Below, piece by piece: positions 36,239-48,000 of a stretch of 64,000 nucleotides of DNA. The stretch is from Macrostomum lignano (lineage: Eukaryota), in NCBI GenBank assembly GCA_002269645.1, contig NIVC01000013.1:1240001-1304000 (forward strand). The letters run 5' to 3'. The translations under genes were made by a program, and so were the position numbers. Position 1 is the stretch's first letter; every line of letters begins with the position of its first letter. The notes below the pieces were generated by a model. The model was not told where the DNA came from and did not search any database. It saw nothing but the letters and a program-made list of their open reading frames with translations.

Positions 36239-39200
36239 TCAAAAGTCGGCAAACCAATTTTGATTCTCAACGGCGTAAGTTTGATTAAAAAAGTTGCCCA
36301 TATTGAAGTCGCTTTGGACCGCTTCAAAGAAGAAGTACATGTCGTTTGGACCGTCTAGGGCTGGCTGGTAGGCCACCTGAGCGAGGTGAAAATGGGAGAG
36401 TTTTTTCCTGATGTTTTTTGTGAATTTATTAAGCACCTGAATGTGACATTCAAATGAATGACATTCTATTTGAAATGGTTCCTACGTACTCATTAGACAA
36501 ACTAGTGACTTTCACCTTTTTAAAATTGCGCGTAATTATCTGCCAGACAGGTTAGTGACGTCATCTACGAGCGCTCGTATTATCGATCGACTGTAAAGAC
36601 ACTCCTATCCGAAATTAGTGGCGTCGTCACTTGTTTAAACTGGTGCCTAAACACCTTGTCAGACAGGATAGTGACGTCACCTGATTAAACTGGTGCCTAA
36701 ACACCTTGTCAGACAGGTTAGTGACGTCACCTGTTTAAACTGGCGCCTAAAAAACCTGTCAGGCAGGTTAGTAACGTCACCTGATTAAACTGCTGGTGTC
36801 TAGACACCTGTCGGACAGATTTGTGACGTCACCTATTATCGATCGTCTTTAAATACACTCCCACCTGAAATTTTTGACGTCACCTGTTTAAACTGGCGCC
36901 AAATTACCTGTCGAGCAGCTTAACAAAAATCTCACCTGAACAGTTCGATTCAACAGGCCGATAAAATCCACGTCTCTAAAGAACGGATGATGCCGAACTT
37001 CGTGCACTTTAGTTCGCAAATTACCCAACCGGAAGCTGGGATTCCGCATCAGCAGGCGTCGCACCAGATCCACGCAGACGGCGTTGATCTCCGGCGGGAA
37101 GACGACCTCGAACTGCTTGGCCTCCGGGCATCTCTCGCGACGGTAGCACTCGGGCCCGATGCCAACAAGCAGCTCGAAGATGATGACCCCCAGGCTGTAC
37201 CAGTCAACGGCGAAGTTGTACGGCTTGCGCATGATTATCTCAGGTGCGATGTAGCCGATGGTGCCCACGGCTTTGGGATCCGTGATGAAGCAGCTCGCGT
37301 CCTGCAGCGCGTAGGAGATGCCCATGTCCGAGATTTTCAGCCAACCATTCTTGCCGACCAGGATGTTCTTCGGCTTCAGGTCTCTGCGGGGGGGGGGCAG
37401 CGGCACTGCGGAACTGTTCATTGTGTCTCTTGAGCTTTACTTGTGTCTGTTGAGCTATAATTGTGTCTCTTGAGCTTTACTTGTGTCTGTTGAGCTATAA
37501 ATTTGTCTGTTGAGCTATAAATGTGTCTGTTGAGCTATAAATGTGTCTGTTGAGCTATAAATGTGTCTGTTGAGCTATAAATGTGTCTGTTGAGCTATAA
37601 ATGTGTCTGTTGAGCTATAAATGTGTCTGTTGAGCTATAAATGTGTCTGTTGAGCTATAAATTTGTCTGTTGAGCTATAATTGTGTCTGTTGAGCTATAA
37701 TTGTGTCTACTGAGCTATAATTGTGTCTGTTGAGCTATAATTGTGTCTGTTGAGCTTTACTTGTGTCTGTTGAGCTATAAATGTGTCTACTGAGCTATAA
37801 TTGTGTCTGTTAAGCTATAATTGTGTCTGCTGAGCTATAATTGTGTCTGTTGAGCTATAATTGTGTCTGTTGAGCTATAATTGTGTCTGTTAAGCTATAA
37901 TTGTGTCTGCTGAGCTATAATTGTGTCTACTGAGCTATAATTGTGTCTGTTGAGCTATAATTGTGTCTGCTGAGCTATAATTGTTTCTGTTGAGCTATAA
38001 TTGTGTCTGTTGAGCTATAATTGTGTCTGTTGAGCTATAATTGTGTCTGTTAAGCTATAATTGTGTCTGCTGAGCTATAATTGTGTCTACTGAGCTATAA
38101 TTGTGTCTGTTGAGCTATAATTGTGTCTGCTGAGCTATAATTGTTTCTGTTGAGCTATAATTGCGTCTGTTGAGCTATAATTGTGTCTGTTGAGCTATAA
38201 TTGCGTCTACTGAGCTATAATTGTGTCTGTTGAGCTATAATTGTGTCTGCTGAGCTATAATTGTTTCTGTTGAGCTATAATTGCGTCTGTTGAGCTATAA
38301 TTGTGTCTGTTGAGCTATAATTGCGTCTGTTGAGCTATGATTGTGTCTGTTGAGCTATAATTGTGTCTGTTGAGCTATAATTGCGTCTGTTGAGCTATAA
38401 ATATGTCTATTAAGCTATCTAGCAATGTTTACATGAATCAGCATGTCAACAGTTTAGTGTATCTACTGCGTTACTTATATGTCTTCTATGGAGCTAATAA
38501 AATATTGTAATATATAAAATACCAAGGTTTTAATATATAAAATAGGATTTAGGATAGGGTTTAGATTAGGTTTATGTTAGGGTTGAGATTAGTTTTATGA
38601 TCTAGGGCTTAACTTATCACCTATAGGGTTTAACTAGTTAAAACCCTATCATAAAACCAAACCTAAACCCTGACCTAAACCCTAACCTAAACCCTAACCT
38701 AAACTCTAATCTAAACCCTAACCTAAACTCTAACCTAAACCCTAACCTAAACCCTAACCTAAACCCTAACCTAAACTCTAACCTAAACCCTAACCTAAAC
38801 CCTAACCTAAACTCTAACCCAAACCCTAACCTAAACGCTAACCTAAACGCTAATCTAAACCCTAACCTAAACCCTAACCTAAACCCTATCCCAAACCCCG
38901 ATGCCAGTAAAATAAAGCTCACCTGTGCACAATGTTCATCCGGTGCATGTATTCAATGCCCAGCACCAGCATAGCTGCCATAAATTTCACCTCCTCGTAG
39001 CGAAACGTTTTCTTCAATCGCAGATGGTCGTGCAAGCAGCCGCACTCCATGAAATCGGTGACCACGTAGAGATTCTGGCTGCACTGGAAGCTATCCACCA
39101 GCCTGATGATGAAGGGGTGATGCAGCACCGCCAGCATGTTCCGCTCCCTGATTATACTGTAGGCGCTGCAGGCGTTGTGCACCCTGTGCTTGTTGAATAC

Positions 39201-39550
39201 CTGCGGGGTTCGGTTGATTGATGGGTTGACTGCCTGATTGATTGCTTGATTGATTGGTTTATTTCTTGATTGATTGATTAATTGATTGATTTATTTATTT
39301 ATTTCTTGATTGATTGATTGATTGATTGATTGACTGATTGATAAACTGATTGATTGATTGATTGACTGATTGATTGATTAATTGATTGATTGATTGATTA
39401 ATTGATTGATTGGCTGATTGGCTGATTGATTTACTGATTGACTGATTGATTGACTGATTGATAAACTGATTGATTGATTGATTGACTGATTGATTGATTG
39501 ATTGATTATTTGATTGATTGGCTGATTAACTGATTGATTGACTGATTGAC

Positions 39551-39589
<39 letters not shown>

Positions 39590-39646
39590 CTGATTGACTG
39601 ATTGATTAACTGATTGACTGATTGATTGATTGATTGACTGATTGAG

Positions 39647-39705
<59 letters not shown>

Positions 39706-39718
39706 CTGACTGATTGAC

Positions 39719-39753
<35 letters not shown>

Positions 39754-39782
39754 CTGATTGACTGATTGATTGACTGATTGAC

Positions 39783-39817
<35 letters not shown>

Positions 39818-39910
39818 CTGATTGACTGATTGATTGACTGATTGACTGATTGACTGATTGATTGATTGATTGATTGATTGGCTGATTGACTGATTGATTG
39901 ACTGATTGAC

Positions 39911-39949
<39 letters not shown>

Positions 39950-40086
39950 CTGATTGACTGATTGATTGATTGATTGATTGATTGGCTGATTGACTGATTT
40001 ATTGACTGATTGACTGATTGATTGATTGATTGATTGATTGATTTATTGATTGATTGGCTGATTGGCTGATTGATTGACTGATTGAC

Positions 40087-40121
<35 letters not shown>

Positions 40122-40130
40122 CTGATTGAC

Positions 40131-40161
<31 letters not shown>

Positions 40162-40262
40162 CTGATTGATTGACTGATTGATTGATTTATTGATTGATTA
40201 ATTGATTGATTGGCTGATTGACTGTTTGATTGATTGATTGACTGATTGATTGACTGATTGAC

Positions 40263-40299
<37 letters not shown>

Positions 40300-40322
40300 A
40301 ATTGATTGATTGGCTGATTGAC

Positions 40323-40367
<45 letters not shown>

Positions 40368-41819
40368 ATTTGATTGATTGGCTGATTGACTGAATGATTG
40401 ATTGATTGACTGATTGATTGATTGATTGATTGACTGATTGATTGATTGGTTGGTTGGTTGATTGATTGATTGACTGATTGATTTATTGATTGACTGATTG
40501 ATTTATTGATTGACTGATTGATTGATTGGTTGGTTGGTTGATTGATTGATTGACTGATTGATTTATTGATTGACTGATTGATTGGTTGATTGACTGATTG
40601 ATTTATTGATTGACTGATTGATTGGCTGATTGACTGATTGATTGATTTATTGATTGATTGACTGATTGATTGACTGATTGACTGATTGATTGATTGATTT
40701 ATTTATTTATTTATTTATTGAAAATTTATTGAATCAATTGTTAGTGGTTACGCAACATATTATACAACGGCACCTTGATTGCGTAGCTCTCTTTTGTTTC
40801 CCTAGCAACGGCCAGAAACACCACGCCAAAGGAGCCGCGGCCGAGCAGTTTCTCCAGCCGGTAGCCCAGAATGTTGGGATTTCGGCTCGGCGGGTTGCTG
40901 AACTGCTCGCGCATCTTGCAAGAGTGCATCCGCAGCCAGTGCTCATAGTCGTGCAGGCAGCTCACCTGTATGCCGCGTGCATATTGATTGATTTGGCATG
41001 GAACAGGGGTGTCAGGGGTGTGAGAACACGGATGTCAGGAGTGTCAGAAGAAGAATGTCAGGAGTGTCAGAACAAGGATGTCAGAGATGTCAGAACAAGG
41101 ATGTCAGAGATGTCAGAACGGGGATGTCAGGTGTCAGAACGGAGATGTCAGGGGCGTCAAAATAGGGATATAGGAATGTCAGAGGTGTCATAATTGATGT
41201 CAGAGGTGTCATAATTGATGTCAGAGGTGTCATAATTGATGTCAGAGGTGTCATAATTGATGTCAGAGGTGTCATAATTGATGTCAGAGGTGTCATAATT
41301 GATGTCAGAGGTGTCAGAACAGGGATGTCAGGATTGTCAGAACAGGGATGTCAGAGATGTCAGAACAAGGATGTCAGAGGTGTCAGAACAGGGATGTCAG
41401 GATTGTCAGAACAGGGATGTCAGAGGTGTCAGAACAGGGATGTCAGGATTGTCAGAACAGGGATTTCAGAGATGTCAGAATAAGGATGTCAGAGGTGTCA
41501 GAACAGGGATGTCAGGATTGTCAGAACAGGGATGTCAGAGATGTCAGAACAAGGATGTCAGAGATGTCAAAACGGAGATGCCAGGGTGTCAAAACAGGGA
41601 TATAGGAATTTCAGAGGTGTCATAATGGATGTCAGAGATGTCAGAACAGGGATGTCAGGGGTGTCAGAACAGGGATGTCGGGTTGTCAAAACAGGGATTT
41701 CAGTGATCTCAGAACAGGGATGTCAGAGGTGCCAGAACGAGGGTGTCAGTGGAGCTTACCGGTCTGTCTGTATCCATGCTGCCAGTGACCTGGTCTTTGC
41801 ATTTGCAAGCTCGAAGCAT
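36239..41819 (-). CDS. Divergent AGC-group Ser/Thr kinase; exons 41819-41760, 40965-40774, 39200-38923, 37383-36936, 36376-36239 (371 aa)
   Basis: GRGSFG, YAIK, RERNML (alphaC Glu), [28 protein letters not shown] and a terminal WFADF hydrophobic motif. Junctions are phase-compatible (1116 nt). Exon 1 and the GTGCCG donor of exon 2 are less certain. Confidence 0.85.
36545..36900. repeat. Degenerate ~50-bp repeat with TGACGTCA palindromes in kinase intron 4
   Basis: TGACGTCA at 36556, 36672, 36722, 36824 and 36875, plus TAACGTCA near 36772. Confidence 0.75.
37424..38420. repeat. 20-bp minisatellite (TTGTGTCTGTTGAGCTATAA) in kinase intron 3
   Basis: Tandem units. Confidence 0.92.
38640..38895. 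repeat. 12-bp telomere-like repeat (AAACCCTAACCT) in kinase intron 3
   Basis: The reverse complement AGGTTAGGGTTT contains TTAGGG. Confidence 0.85.
39214..40735. repeat. (GATT)n microsatellite filling kinase intron 2
   Basis: About 1.5 kb of GATT/GACT/GGCT units. Confidence 0.95.
41005..41750. repeat. GATGTCAG-based 9/12/21-bp repeats in kinase intron 1
   Basis: Tandem units such as GATGTCAGAGGTGTCATAATT. Confidence 0.88.
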
Positions 41820-42097
41820 ATTTCAATTAGGGTAATTAATGTACTTAATTAGTTTGAAAAGTTTAAATCAGAATTATGATTGCTTTTTCGTTTTGTTTTA
41901 TGCTATATTTTTAATAAGTAAGAGAGTTTGCAAGAAAGAAAAAATTCTGCCGCTTTCATGCTTCATGTTGGATTCGTCTATGGCCCAAACTGTGCCAGCC
42001 AAATAGAATAGAATTAAGTGGAGGAACTGTAATTAGAATCGTTAAATATTATTTTAAAACGCGATCGAGGGTGTGATATGGATCTGTGAACTTCAAC

Positions 42098-45000
42098 ATG
42101 GTTTGGTGAGTACCAGCGACTTAGCTTTGCTTAACTGCGTGCAAGATTCTAGTTTTTAAAATACTTGAAACTTCTACCCGTGAAGCACCTGAAACTTCTA
42201 CCCCTGAAGCACCTGAAACTTCTACCCCTGAAGCACCTGAAACTTCTACCCCTGAAGCACCTGAAACTTCTACCCCTGAATGGGTTGCTTTCACAAACGC
42301 GAAATTTCACAACCGCTAAATCACCTACTTTCATAACCGCGAAACTTCATAACCGCTAAAATATTGCAGTCACTTTCATAAGCGCGAAACTTCACAACCG
42401 CAAGATTTCACAACCGCTAAATCACCTACTTTCACAACCGCAAAACTTCATAACCGCGAAACTTCACAACAGCTAAAAAGACTGTTGTATATGAAAGTAA
42501 GTGCAAAAAATTTAGTGGTTGTGAAGTTTCGCGTTTATGCAAAAAAATTAGCGGTTGTAAAGTTTCGCGTTTGGGAAGTTTCGCGTTTATGAAAGCAACT
42601 GCTTTTAGCGGTTTTGAAATTTCGAGTTTGTGAAACCGACCACCCTGAAGCACCTGAACCTTCTACCCCTGAAGCACCTGAAACTTCTACCCCTGAAGCA
42701 CCTGAAACTTCTACTCCTGAAACACCTGAAACTTCTATCTTTGAAACACCTGAAACTTCTACTCCTGAAACACCTGAAACTTCTACCCTTGAAACACCTG
42801 AAACTTCTACCCTTGAAACACCTGAAACCTCTACCCTTGAAACACCTGAAACTTCTACCCTTGAAACACCTGAAACTTCTACCCCTGAAGCACCTGAAAC
42901 TTCTACCCTGAAACACTTGGAAAAACTGAAACTCCTACCCCCCTGAAACCCCTAAAAGACCTTAAACACTGCTACAGACTACGCAAAACTATCGTAAACT
43001 TTCTTTCAGCCCGCCAATCATGCTGGCAAAGCGGCAATTTCGTTACTTCCTTCGGATCTACTTTCTTCGTCTTAAGGGTGCAAAATTTCTTTGGCTCCTA
43101 CCACTGATCGCCTGCCTCCTGTCCAACAACTTCATCTACGTACCTTTGGCTCAGCTAATTGGATTCTATGGTAAAAAGTTTGTCGATATCAAGCAGGCGC
43201 ACAATTTCGCGTCTGACAATGAAGTGCTGACGCAGACGGACCGGTACATTGGCGAAGTGGCTGCGATGGACGCGGTGCTTAGAGAGCTGGGCACCAGAAG
43301 CTCGGATCCTTCGCTTTTGTTCAAACAGTGCCAGAGCCCGGAGGATTGCAATGCTCAACATTTCAATCGATTGTACAGCAACAGCCCCGGCGGATACGTC
43401 AGCCAGGTTTGAGTTGCGGCAAAGTGCACTTGGGACATTTGTCCCGAAACACCTGAGGCTTTTGTCCCGAAACACCTGAGGCTTTTGTCCCGAAACACCT
43501 GAGGCTTTTGTCTCGAAACACCTGAGGCTTTTGTCCCGAAACACCTGAGGCTTTTGTCCCGAAACACCTGAGGCATTTGTCCCGAAACAACTGAGACTTT
43601 TGTCCTGAAACACCTGAGACTTTTGTCCTGAAACACCTGAGACTTTTGTCCCGAAACACCTGAGACTTTTTGTCCCGAAACAACTGAGACTTTTATCCCG
43701 AAACACCTGAGACTTTTTGTCCCGAAACAACTGAGACTTTTATCCCGAAACACTTGAGACTTTTGTCCCGAAACACCTGAAACATTTGTCCCGAAACAAC
43801 TGAGGCTTTTGTCCCGAAACACCTGAGACTTTTTGTCCCGAAAAAAATGAGACTTTTGTCCTGAAACACCTTAAGACTTTTGTCCTGAAACACCTGAGAC
43901 TTTTGTCCCGAAACACCTGAGACTTTTGTCCCGAAACACGTGAGACTTTTTTCCCGAAACACCTGAGACTTTTTGTCCCGAAACACCTGAGGCTTTTGTC
44001 CCGAAACACGTGACACTTTTGTCCCGAAACACCTGAGACTTTTGTCCTGAAACACCTGAGACTTTTATCCCGAAACACGTGAGACTTTTTGTCCCGAAAC
44101 ACCTGAGACTTTTATCCCGAAACACCTGAGACTTTTGTCCCGAAACACGTGAGACTTTTTTCCCGAAACACCTGAGACTTTTTGTCCCGAAACACCTGAG
44201 GCTTTTGTCCCGAAACACGTGAGACTTTTGTCCCGAAACACCTGAGACTTTTGTCCTGAAACACCTGAGACTTTTATCCCGAAACACGTGAGACTTTTTG
44301 TCCCGAAACACCTGAGACTTTTATCCCGAAACACCTGAGACTTTTATCCCGAAACACCTGAGACTTTTATCCCGAAACACCTGAGGCTTTTGTCCCGAAA
44401 CACCTGAGACTTTTATCCCGAAACACCTGGGACTTTTATCCCGAAACACCTGAGACTTTTATCCCGAAACACCTGAGACTTTTATCCCGAAACACCTGAG
44501 ACTTTTATCCCGAAACATCTGAGACTTTAGCAGTGCCAGAAGAAAAAGTAACTGCAACTAATTTTCTATAACTGCAGGTGGACTTCAAACCGAACGACCC
44601 ACTTATTGTCTGTCTGCTGGAAACTGGAGCAGAGATCTACTGTCCCTTTCTTGGCTATCTGGCGAGTATTGGTCGGACAAAGGATCCTCACACTAAGCTG
44701 CGGTTTAAGGTTAGTCATAATTTATATATAGGCTCTTGTCTGCCTTTTGTTTCAGAACTGCACTCAGAGTTGCAACAGCTGCAATCAGAGTTGCAAAAGC
44801 TGCAATTAGATTTGCAAAAACTGCAATCAAAGCTTTAAAGCTACGGTACTGCATAGTTACAATATTCTTGCGCTGATTTACGCGCTACCCAATCGCAAAA
44901 ATCAGGCCATTCGAATGTTCCGAGCTGTCGGGCAACATCAGCGCGACTCGCATCACTCCAGCAGCGAAGGCCGTACCATGTGCCATCTGGAAAGAAACTT

Positions 45001-48000
45001 TGCTGAAATTCTGCCAGTACTAACGGCTGGTCAAAGCTTCTTATCAGTCGGAATGATGCACTTCTACTTTCTGGTGGCTACTCTGTCCTGCATCTACGAC
45101 TTGAAGGGCAATGGATTGTTACAGCTGCTGGTGCAGAAAGGCCTGTCTGTCCGGGCATATTGGCTAGTGATCTGCCTTGTCGCTGCTGTTGAGGTGAGAT
45201 GCGCAAGCTGCATAGTGAATGGATGTTTATAGAGTTTAGGTGACAATATACCTGATCCATGTGCGTTGAATGCTTTATAGTTCATCAAAACTTCAATTAG
45301 AATTTGCTCTTTAGGAAAGAAGTATCATAGCTGGTAGAAGCACGTGAGTGGTTTCTTTAATGCTTCACAGGAAATTTTTTGATTTATCCGTGGTACCCAC
45401 AGATGTTATAAGTATACATGACAAATAGATAGATCACTAACTTTCTGTAAAGCAGGAACAACGGGAGGCCGTAGCCCAATGGTCCAATCAGAGCGGCGCT
45501 CTGAGTTGCCTGCAGCCCAGGCTCGATTCACATCAATTTGGTGGGCTAAATTGGAACCTCGGCTTGGCTCTGCTCGTTCAATTACCGGCCTTGAAGGCCA
45601 ACCCCCAAGGCACAGTGAAGTGTACATGCCTAACGATGAATATAGTTAGGGCCGCTGTACACTCCTGTGCGAGTGTGTGCCTGCGCGTATGACTGCGTAC
45701 GTATCCGCAGAGAATCCACAGACAATGTAGAGTCGATAAGCTGTTAACGTATCTGCGTTGGTGGCACCTAAAATTGCGCAGACCTGTCTCCAATGCACCA
45801 ACAGGTCCTGTTCGGCGCCACCGTATTCACTGTGTCCCTGGCCGCCCAGTGCCCGAACTTCTACCAGAGCGCGGCTCTCGCCAAAGTGTTCGGCCACTGT
45901 GCGCTGCAGTTCCTGTGCATTGCCGCAGCCTGCCTGCTGGTTTCTGTTACAGTTGGCCGCTACGGCAAGGCCGGCCTGGCCTTGGGGCTCATAGCTGTGC
46001 TCGGCATGATCATCAATCTGATCAACAGTGTGTTGCTGAGTGATCAGAAGGCGGCCAGGACTGCCCTGCTGCTGCTCCATCCGCCCGGACAGCTGGGCGA
46101 TGTTGTTCAGGTGAGTCTGATAGGTGGTTAGACAGTTGGCAGTTAAGGTCGGGCGGACACTGGGGCAGTCAGGTCCAGCGACAGACAGTACGAAAGACAC
46201 TTGGACAGATGCAAAGATAGCCCACAAGGCTTACACTAAGACACTAAAAGACGCTAATATAGACATTAAAACAGACACTAAGACAGGCACTAAGACAGGC
46301 ACTAAGACAGACACTAAGACAGGCACTAAGACAGGCACTCAGACAGGCACTAAGACAGACACTAAGACAGGCACTAAGACAGGCACTCAGACAGGCACTA
46401 AGACGGGCACTAAGACAGGCACTAAGACAGACACTAAGACTGACACTAAGACAGGCACTAAGACAGGCACTAAGACAGGCACTCAGACAGGCACTAAGAC
46501 GGGCACTAAGACAGGCACTAAGACAGGCACTAAGACAGGCACTAAGGCATTCACAGAAATGCACTTACAGACAAATCAGAAGCAGAATATCACAAGCATC
46601 ATTCCCCGCTCCGCACTTCAGACCATCCTGCTCACAGACTCCAGCAAGGTGCCTCCAGCTGGGTATGCCACGCTAGCATTCGCCTCGCCAGCCATTCACA
46701 CGATCTGCTACATCTGCCTGGCACTCTACTTGGACTTCGTGCTGGCCTCGGGCAACGGCCTGTGCCTGTCAGCCGGTTACATCTTCCAATCCGATTTCTG
46801 GTGTCGTTCAAAAAGCGACGGATCTTTGGGCGAAGTGCCGGAGTTGACAACTCCACTAGCCAATATTGAGCCAATTAAGGAAGACCTGAGGCCTGTGGTC
46901 ACAATGTCTAACATGTCTAAATCGCTACCAACTGGTTGCTACGGTATAAATCATCGAGAGAACGAGGAGAGAAACCTGATACTCGACAATATTTCCGGTA
47001 ATACGAGTTTGTACGCTTCAGTGGCTAAAGGGAAATAATTAGTCAATTGGACTAGCAATTCAACCCCCCTCTGGGAGAGCGCCCGATATAGAGAACGCAG
47101 TAGAGTTCGAATTACTTATGATAACCAATAGAACCTCAGTATAAAAAAGCTAGTGCGAAAACTTTTATTGTTACCAGGGGCGTCGCCATGGATTTTATGG
47201 TGGGGGACAAAGCCAAGAATTGTACATGAATCGGTGTTGTCAGCAATCATTTTGGCGTCACAGGCACTCATTTTTGCCCCGCAGCAGGCACTCATTTTAG
47301 CCCCGCAGCAGGCACTCATTTTAGCATTTTAGCGCCGCAGCAGGCACTTATTTTGGCGCAGCAGCAGGCACTTATTTTAGCGCCGCAGCAGGTACTTATT
47401 TTAGCGCCGCAGGCCCCATTTTGTTGCCGCAGGCGCTATGTTTTGTCGCCCTGAAACAAAATGATTGATTTTCGTAACAGGTCAACAAAGGTGGTGCTGA
47501 GGGGGACAAAGCATCTTGGCATGTCCCCTCCATAAATTTTACTGGGGAACATGTCCCCCCTGCCCCCCCCCCCTCGCTGGCGAAATAGTTGTTCCTCTCA
47601 ATTAGGTTAGTAGCTACGAGGATCTCTTACTAATGTAAAAATTTATTAGTAATCTTAAAGTTTCCAGATTAATCTATTCTATAAAATGAAATATATTCAG
47701 GTAAATGTTAACAAATTAATAAATTAACAATGGGTTCATGTGCCATTTGTTTGAAATTTACAAACAACAAGCGTATGTAATCGAATGACGTACACATATT
47801 TGTAGTTCATCAGCAAAATACATATTTTAAGCAACACTAGTTGGCATAATTGTAACAGTTTCTACAAAGGCTATTGATGCTACATGCTTGAAATGCTGAA
47901 AACACTGACATTCTGGGATGGATTTTCTTTCAAAGGGTCCGATTTGAACTCCGTAACGTTTATTTGCTTTGTCCGTGTAGTCTTTTCCGTATCTCGCTCC

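Noticed and set aside
44710-44838. Leucine-zipper-like LQQLQSELQKLQLDLQKL read-through
   Set aside because: A short 21-bp repeat in an ABCA intron after a good AAG|GTTAGT donor.
46124-46621. TKTG repeat protein segment
   Set aside because: Intronic 12-bp repeat; only 46622-46997 is exon.
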